DNA of 64,000 nucleotides from the human T2T-CHM13v2.0 reference genome, Homo sapiens. Shown in pieces: positions 54,449 to 64,000 of this stretch (the stretch's first letter is position 1; every line of letters starts with the position of its first letter). The DNA lies in assembly GCF_009914755.1 (NCBI RefSeq), contig NC_060939.1. One strand, given 5' to 3'. Under the pieces are notes generated by a model that searched no databases, was not told the origin of the DNA, and saw nothing but the letters and a program-made list of their open reading frames with translations. The translations under genes were made by a program, and so were the position numbers.

Positions 54449-55350
54449 TTTTTGTATGTTTATTATCTTCTTTTAATAATTGTCTATTCATGTCTTTAGC
54501 CCATTTTTTGATGGATTTATTTTTTTTTCTTGCTGATTTGTTTGAGTTCCTTGGAGTGTCTGGATATTAGTTCTTTGTCAGATGGAGAGTTTGCAAAAGA
54601 TTTTCTCCCACTATGTGGGTTGCTTGTTTACTCTGCTGATTATTTCTTTTGCTGTGCAGACATTTGTAGTTTAATTAGATCCCCTATATTTATCTTTGTT
54701 TTTGTTGCAGTTGCCATAATTAAGAAATCAAAAAACAATTGATGTTGGCATAGATTTGGTGAAAAGGGAACACTTTTACACTGCTGGTGAAAATGTAAAT
54801 TAGTACAACCACTATGGAAAACAGTATGGAGTTTCCTTAAAGAACTAAAAGTAGAACTACCATTTGATCCAGTAATCCCACTACTGGGTATTTATCCAGG
54901 AGAAAAGCAGTTACTATAAGAAAAAGATACTTGCATATACATATTTATAAAAGTACAAGTCACAACTGCAAAAATATGGAATAGCCTAAATTCCCACCAA
55001 CAAGAAAAGAAAACGTAGTATACATATACCATGAAATACTACTCCGCCATAAAAAAGAATGAAATAATGGCATTCACAGCAACCTGGATGGAGTTGGAGA
55101 CCATTATTCTAAAAGTAACACAGGAATGGATAATCAAACTTCATATGTGCTCACTTATAAGTGGAAGCTAAGCTACAAGGACTCAAAGACATAAGAATTA
55201 TACAATGGACTTTGGAGACTTGGGGAAGAGGGTGGGAGAAGGGTGGGTGATAAGAGACAACACATTGGGTACTGTGTACACTGCTTGGCTGACAAGTGCA
55301 CCAAAATCTCAGAAATCACTACTAAAAAACTTATCAAAAAAGAAAGAAAG
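54449..55350 (+). mobile_element. L1PB-like fragment with 5' inversion (minus 54449-54710, plus 54711-55335)
   Basis: Orientation switches at TTTTGTTGCA|GTTGCCATAATT. L1PB 3' UTR ACAATGGACTTTGGAGACTTGGGG...GAAATCACTACTAAA, then an A-rich tail. Confidence 0.8.
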
Positions 55351-55358
55351 AAAGCTGG

Positions 55359-55360
<2 letters not shown>

Positions 55361-55417
<57 letters not shown>

Positions 55418-55449
55418 GAAACATACATATGTATATGTGTGTGTGTGTA

Positions 55450-55480
<31 letters not shown>
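55361..55480. repeat. Compound microsatellite (TA)n(CA)n...(TG)n(TA)n, quasi-palindromic
   Basis: Seen directly. Confidence 0.92.
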
Positions 55481-55481
<1 letters not shown>

Positions 55482-56229
55482 ACTTTACAGGATTTCATTG
55501 GGACAACTTTCCCTATTATTAGTGAGTACATTTTTTATGACTTATTTATCCATATATTCTGTGAGGTTTTTTTGTGTGTCTGTACGTGTATTTCTGTGTA
55601 CATCTGCTGTTTCCTCTTCTGTTTTTATCATGGGAAGATGAGAGATAGTAGCTGCACATAGATACGATTTTTTTTTTTAGGGACGTCATTTGAAGAATTC
55701 TTTTTAGTGTGATGGGGATATAACTGTGCAAAGCAAATATTCACAAGTCTTATTTATTAGGCCATTTGGACATGTTGAATTCCTAAAGATTTGTAAAGAA
55801 ATCCTCACTTTCTTCCATTGAGTTTTAATAATCTTAGCTAATAAGAGGAGGGACAGAAATAGTGCCCATGATCTCATCTTACCAAGATATCTGCTAAGAA
55901 ATAATCATACGATCATCTGTTTGGCTATCTAACAAAATGAGATTTTGTTTGAATTTATAAATTTAAAGAAGATAAGTGTTAGTGAATGGAAAGTATGTGA
56001 GGTTGGGGGAGGCTAAAGGAGGGAACTGGCATTTATATCTCCCGACTTCTAGGCACTGTGTTAGAAATTAATGACTTACTCACTTTTTTATTATTTACAT
56101 TTTAAAGGTAAGTTGAAGAAGAAGGAAGTAAACAAACTGGTCCAATATTGCACAGCTAGTAAAAGAGCCTTGCCTGAAAAGCTCATGATTATTCCTTCTT
56201 TTTAATATACATATACGCCATTTGGGACC

Positions 56230-56421
56230 TGTGATGTTTAATTTTATGTTTCAGCTTGAATGGATCATGGGGTCTCAATATTTGACTAAACATTATTTCT
56301 GGTTGTGTCTGTGAGGGTGTTTCTAGATGAGACAAGCATTTGAATCAGTTTACTCTCTAAAGCAGAGTGCCCTTTCTAGTGTGGTTGGGTATCACCCAAG
56401 CTGCTGCATAGAACAAAAGGC
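56230..56421 (+). mobile_element. MLT2 (MLT2D-like) LTR 5' fragment
   Basis: TGTGATGTTTAATTTTATGT...AAACATTATTTCTGGTTGTGTCTGTGAGGGTGTTTCTAGATGAGA. Confidence 0.8.
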
Positions 56422-56619
56422 CATGGGAGACAGCTCAAGGCAATAGGCAGAAGGGGTACAGAAGGCTGTTTACGGAACTACGCAAAGCTCAGGCCAATAA
56501 AAAATATAAACATTGCTATGCATCCCAAAAGGTTGAAAAAGGAAAGATAAAATCTCAGAAGGAAAAAGGAAAGAGACATTGCTTCAGAGGGCCTCCAAAG
56601 TCAGGGCCAACGAATCTTT

Positions 56620-56776
56620 GTTCAAGACACTTTACTAGCTATGTGACTATGGGAAAATTGCTTAACTTTTCTGAGTCTGCCTTCTCATCTACAAAATTGA
56701 CTATCCTAACAACTGAATGAGATGTTAAAATATCGTAATGTGGTATGCAGTGAGCACTCAGTAAATATTTATTATT
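56620..56776 (+). mobile_element. MIR SINE
   Basis: Core TTACTAGCTATGTGACTATGGGAAAATTGCTTAACTTTTCTGAGTCT...CTCATCTACAAAAT, end AGTGAGCACTCAGTAAATATT. Confidence 0.75.
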
Positions 56777-56939
56777 GATCAAGAACAGGTTGTTGAAGAC
56801 TATAAATGTGTGACCTGGACAGCAATGTGATTCTGTTGAGTGCATCCCTGCTTCCTTTGTCTCTTCATATACTGCAGTCAGTGCTATGAGCAATGGCCAA
56901 AGCTTCTGTAAAAACAGGGTTGCGATGCTGCTGGCAATA

Positions 56940-57268
56940 TAGTCAGCCCTGTGTCTACTTGGGTTCTTCATCCACAGATTCAACCAACCATGGATCAAAA
57001 ATATTTGAGAAAAAAACAATAAAAAATAACCTACAACAATAAAAATGTAATACAGGTGAAAACCAATACAGTATAACAACTTTTTACATAGCCTTCACAT
57101 TGTATTAGGTACCATAAGTAACCTAGAGATGATTTAAGCTATAACGGAGGATGTGGGTAGGTTATGTGCAAATACTATGCCATTTACACAAGGAACATGA
57201 GCATCCTCAGATTTTGGTACTAGGGAAGGTCTTGGAACCAATTCTCTGAGGTATCTTAGGGACAACTG
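56940..57268 (-). mobile_element. MER2 (Tigger-family MITE)
   Basis: CATCCACAGATTCAACCAACCATGGATCAAAAATATT...TTCACATTGTATTAGGTA...AGGGACAACTG, flanked by TA. Confidence 0.85.
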
Positions 57269-57692
57269 TACCTAGAGGCAAAATATGTCTGGCAAGAATA
57301 GGAATTTCCAGGGCTGATCACATTTCTTCAGGCTTTCTCCCCGGTAATGACATATCCTATCGCTGGGCCTCCAAAACATGGTAATTGAAGCCAAAACATG
57401 GTAATTGAAGCTATCACATCCTCCCACACCTGCAAATTAGATTTTCACTTGAGGAAAGAGTGTTTACATGTGAAAAAGTTGGAAAATAAGTGATCATCAG
57501 GGACAACTTTTGATGTTGCTGCTACTCTGACTTGTGACTGTTGGTCAAATTTTGAAATTTATGTCTTCCATCAAATTTGCAAAAATGCAAACTTGGCAAA
57601 AACATATATCTCTAAAATAACATTCTGAAAAAATGTATGATAGAAATGATAACCAAAGAAAATATCTTGGAAAGGGAAGAATGAAAGTAATA

Positions 57693-58037
57693 TAGCCATG
57701 TGTTACATAGCAATGTTTTGGTCAATGAGGGACCACATATATGAAAGTGTTCCACAGAATTATAATACTGCATTTTTACTGTACCTTTTATATGTTTAGC
57801 TGTATGTAGATATAAAAATACCATTGTATTACAACTGTCTACAGTATTCAGTGCAGTAATATGCTGTCAAGGTTTGTAGCCTAGGAGTAATAGGCTTTAC
57901 CCATATAGCCTAGATGTGCAGTAGGCTATTAGTATGTAGGTGTATGTATGTACACTCTATGATGCTCAAGCAAAGGCAAAATTGCCTAATAACTCATTTC
58001 TCAGAATGTATCCCCATTGTTAAGTGATGTATGACCG
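57693..58037 (+). mobile_element. Tigger3a (MER7A)
   Basis: GGTTTGTAGCCTAGGAGTAATAGGCT core, end TTTCTCAGAATGTATCCCCATTGTTAAGTGATGTATGACCG, flanked by TA. Confidence 0.87.
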
Positions 58038-58344
58038 TACCTGTTGATATTTCTAATAGTATATGATACTCAAAACAACATACAATGAGTATTTCTATTC
58101 TGTTTTAAAGATGTGGAAAGTGAAGTTGAAAAGTAAGACACTATCCAAAGCACACAATGGCATAAATGAATAATAAATGGCATAAAGTGAATCAAACTAA
58201 GTTTATTGTTTTAGAAAACCTCAAAAGTGCACAAGAAGTTATTTACTACAGAAAAACTTTAAAAATAAGTAAATAGAAGAAAATAATCACTCCCAAGTAA
58301 AATAACCATTTAAACATCTTCACGTATAGTTTCTGTTTTACTAC

Positions 58345-58363
58345 ATCTCTCTCTCTCTCTCTC

Positions 58364-58394
<31 letters not shown>

Positions 58395-58430
58395 GTATAT
58401 ATATATATATGTATATATATATGTATATAT
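58345..58430. repeat. (CT)n/(TA)n microsatellite
   Basis: Seen directly. Confidence 0.9.
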
Positions 58431-58471
58431 GGAAATAAAAATTGAATATTCAATTTTTCAATTTATATATT

Positions 58472-59490
58472 CTATTTTTATTTCCATAGATTTTTGGGGA
58501 ATAGGTGGTATTTCGTTACATGAGTCAGTTCTTTAGGGGTGATTTGTGAGATTTTGGTGCATCCATCACCCGATTTGTAGTCATTTATCCCTCACCCTCC
58601 TGCCACCCTTTTCCCCAAGTCCCGAAAATTCGTTGTATCATTCTTATGTCTTTGCATCCTCATAGCTTAGCTCCACATACGAGTGAGAATACTTGATGTT
58701 TGATTTTCTATTTCTGAGTTACTTCAGTTAGAATAGTAGTCTCCACTTCCATCCAGGTTGCTGCGAATGCTGCTAATTCATTCTTTTTTATGGCTGGGTA
58801 GTATTCTATCGTGTATACATACACCACAATTTCTTTATTCACTCATTGATTGATGGAAATTTGGGCTGGTTCCATATTTTTGCAATTGAGAATTGTGCTG
58901 CTATAAACATGTATGTGCAAGTATTTTTTTCGTGTAATGACTTCTTTTCCTCTGAGTAGATACCCAGTAGTGGGATTGCTAGATCGCATGGTAATTCTAC
59001 TTTTCATTTTTTAAGCAATCTCCACACTGTTTTCCATAGTGGTTGTACCAGTTTACATTCCCACCAGCAGTGTAAAAGTGTTCCCTTTTCATCGCATCCA
59101 CATCAACATCTTTTTTTTAATTGTTTTTATTTTGGCCCTTGTTGCAAAAGTAAGTTGGTATCGCATTGTGGTTTTGATTTGCATTTCCCTGATTATTAGT
59201 GATGTTGAGCATTTTTTCATGCTTGTTGATTATTTGTATATCTGCTTTTGATAATTGTCTTCATGTCCTAAACCCACTTTTTGATGGGATTGTTTGTTTT
59301 TTTTTTCTTGCTAATTTATCTGAGTTCCCTGTAGATTTTGGATATCAGTCCTTTGTCAGATGTATAGACTGTGAAGACTTTCTCCCACTCTGTGTGTTGT
59401 CTACTTACTCACTCTGCTGACTGTTATATTTGCTGTGCAAAAGCTCTTTAGTTTAATTAAGTCCAACCTATTTATCTTTGTTTTTGTTTT
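58472..59490 (-). mobile_element. L1PB1-like 3' fragment
   Basis: TTTCCATAGATTTTTGGGGAATAGGTGG...TGTATCATTCTTATGTCTTTGCATCCTCATAGCTTAGCTCC. Confidence 0.85.
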
Positions 59491-59499
59491 TAATAAAAT

Positions 59500-61560
59500 A
59501 TATACTCTAAGTAGGTTTTTAAAATATATTTCTTCACTTAATATTTTAAGGCAAGACAAGTATATCATACCACCAAATGCATTTTAAAGCACCACTTTAA
59601 ATATCTATATAGAATTATCTTGTTTCATTTTACTGATTCCCCATTTTTCTACTGTAAATAACACTCTGATGAACATCTTTATAGACAAATACTTGGTAAA
59701 ATTTCACTTCTGTTCCAGAAATGTATTATGTTGAAATACGTGAAGACATAAGGCAAAGCAATAGGCAACTGTATATATAATATTTTTAATTATTGGTACC
59801 AAATTATCTTCTTTATTATATTAATTTTATATTAATATTATATGCTATTATGCCAGTACAATACCAATTTTTATCAGTACATAAAAGTATATTTTTTACA
59901 AATGGTAAGAAGGGAATTGTTTTTAAATAAGTTTTAGCAATTTGACCATGAAAGATATAAATATACATTTTAGCTGGTATTTTCATTCTCAGAAACAATA
60001 TGATTTTAAAATATGTTTTCTGGCCAATTACATTTTTCCTTGATGAATTTCTTACTTATATCATACGTAGATTTTCTATTAGGTTGATTTTTATTTTCCT
60101 AATTATTATTTATATTTATTTATAATTTTAATATTTTTTCTTATGTAGTCAAATAATCTTTATTTTGCATGACTTCTCTACCTGATCCCTTTCTTTTAGG
60201 ATTCCTCTTCATACTCAAATGACACAAATAGTTATCCTTATGCTCATTTCTCTGTGTTTTCCATGCTTAAACCTTTCATACATTTTGAATTTATTTCATC
60301 GTAAGATGTAAGATAACACGATAATCCTAAATTTAAGCCATCTAGCTGTCACATTTTAAATAATCCACCCATTTGTCATTAATTTATAATTTCAATTTAA
60401 TCATATATTTAATTCCTGTCATTTAAGCTTATATGTCTATTTTAATTATTATAGCTTTATAATGAGTGATGCCCGGATAATTTAGTTTTTTACAACCTTT
60501 GAGACCAGCTGATAGAGATGCTACTCTTTACCCCAACTATGCCAGCAAGAATTCATTTCACTTGGGTACCTGATGACTGTTGAAACAGTTCTATCCCTCT
60601 TCCTTCCCTTTGTCTCTTCTATTAGATGTGTTTAAAGTGATGGAACACCCTAACCATTAACTTCCATCAATGACTAGATATCTTCCTCCTCCTTCACCCA
60701 CCATTTTATAAAGACCAGTGACAGTACTAAAATATACTCATGCTTTATCAAAACTTTTCATGTCTCCATTCTCTATGAAAGTATTCAAGTTAAGAAATAA
60801 AGTTAACATCTGAAACAAAAAAGTTGGTTCTTACGCAAATGCTCACCTTCATTATCATTTTTATAGGAAGAATTTCCAGACAATTTGATAAAACTGATCC
60901 TCATGTAATTTCTTATTCAGTGTAAGACTCTTCCTTTAGATTGTAATTTCTCTGTGGGCAGGGTCTTGTCTATCTTGTTATTCACTGTCCCTAGTACCTC
61001 ACATAAGAACTGTAATAAAAAGATACTCAGTAACTATTTTCATTCATTATGCTTTACTATTTGATTAGGGTTTTTTTTTTTTGCCTTCATGAGAGGTTAT
61101 TTAATCAAGTTCCCCTAAAAATTATGTAGTTTTAATTGAAAATACTATAAATTTATTCATGTGCTTTGTTGAAAGAATCAAAATCTTTAAAATCTTGACT
61201 CTTTCCATTTGGGGAAATGGGATATGACTGTCTATCCACTGAGGTCTCATTTAATAAATATTTATCTTTACTTTCATGTAGTTTGTTCACAGTTGTTACA
61301 TTTAAATCTAAGTAGTTTATAATTTGTGCTGCTATTGTGAATGAGATTTTTTCTTACATTATCTTAGCATTTGTAATCGATGTAACTTATAAAACATTAT
61401 TATTATAAAATAATAATTGTATGTATTTATATGGTAACTGACCATATAACTGAAATCTCTTTTTAGTTCTAGTATTTATACAACTTTTTCCCTTCAAGTT
61501 CCTAGAAATAGTTACATAATCTGCAAATGATATTATTTTTATATGTCTAAAAACTAGTAT
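59500..61560 (-). mobile_element. Scattered ancient L1ME-like fragments, plus an L2 3' end (plus strand) near 60935-61040
   Basis: T-rich degenerate L1 ORF2/3' motifs (GCTATTGTGAATGAGATTTTTTC, CATAATCTGCAAATGA). Boundaries approximate. Confidence 0.45.
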
Positions 61561-61757
61561 GGTAGTAAGTACTTAGGAAATATTGCTGAAAAATGTGTAA
61601 TACTTATATGTTGGTTAAATATTTGTTAAATGAATTAATAAATGATTGAACACATATTAAAGTATAATCAAAAGGAGAATATTAAAATTATACTAAGAGA
61701 AGTACATTGTTATTTTACGTTATATTTTGTATTTGTTTTATTCCTCTGATTTGCCAG

Positions 61758-61864
61758 GTTATATGTACAAACACGAGTTAAAAGTAACTGGAGGCGATCA
61801 AGTAACAAGCGAAGTTCCGCTTCCACATAGAATGCAAATTCTTGAAGAAAACATCATACTAACA
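61758..61864 (+). other. Candidate exon of an unidentified transcript
   Basis: Pyrimidine-rich acceptor TTTTATTCCTCTGATTTGCCAG|G, possible donor ACA|GTGAGA, four CpGs within about 50 bp, and one open frame (YMYKHELKVTGGDQVTSEVPLPHRMQILEENIILT). Protein not recognised. Confidence 0.3.
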
Positions 61865-62199
61865 GTGAGAATGTTCCAAATAATAGACAAAATAATTTAT
61901 TCATTGCATCAGAGTATTGAGATGATTGAGATTCTAGAGTGAGAAACTATTCTAGTGAGAGGTAGATCACTCAACTCTTTTCCATTTGACATAGCATAAA
62001 AAGAAGTAGCTGTCAAAAATAAGGTAAAAGCATAATACCTGAATTTTTGACAAATTCTTGAGTCCGTTATGGCCTAGCATGAAAATTTAAAATCACTGAA
62101 AGCCTCAGATATATAGTTCACAAAAATTCATCAGATTTTTTTCCAAGAGCCTTCCCATCAGAAGCTCATAAAGAATTGATGTCAAGGCAGGAGGACTGA

Positions 62200-64000
<1,801 letters not shown>

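Noticed and set aside
56639-57079. 146-aa minus-strand ORF
   Set aside because: It runs through MER2 and MIR sequence, has no ATG start or recognisable domain, and is a chance frame.

Overview
Human, AT-rich genomic DNA made almost entirely of interspersed repeats. The species call rests on a human-specific L1HS pre-Ta element. The window is a LINE-1-dense block of nested insertions. L1 content: ancient L1M hosts, L1MA/L1PB/L1PA16/L1PA13-like/L1PA8/L1PA4 insertions, one full-length decayed L1PA8-like element (34.7-41.2 kb, minus) and a young 5'-inverted L1HS with an 18-bp TSD. LTR content: a 5'-deleted HERV-L provirus (RNase H, integrase, dUTPase, MLT2A2), solo LTRs (MLT1, LTR9, MSTA, MLT2A1, MER87-like) and an MST MaLR. 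Also present: about nine Alu/FLAM elements, DNA-transposon MITEs (four MADE1-derived pieces, MER53, two Tigger3a, MER2), microsatellites and a 52-bp minisatellite. I recognise no intact protein-coding gene, RNA gene or CRISPR array. The listed ORFs are fragments of transposon ORFs or chance frames. A few plus-strand exon-like segments lie in the unique DNA but cannot be assigned to a gene. I see no convincing novel biological system. The most interesting signals are rearrangement scars and one intact-looking embryonic LTR promoter: a double fold-back palindrome in L1PB1, twin priming with duplication in L1HS, a HERV-L deletion that keeps its TSD, a MADE1 cluster including a mini-hairpin with a covarying base pair, and an MLT2A1 with DUX4-type sites, TATA box and splice donor. 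Subfamily names come from recalled consensus sequences and need RepeatMasker/Dfam confirmation.
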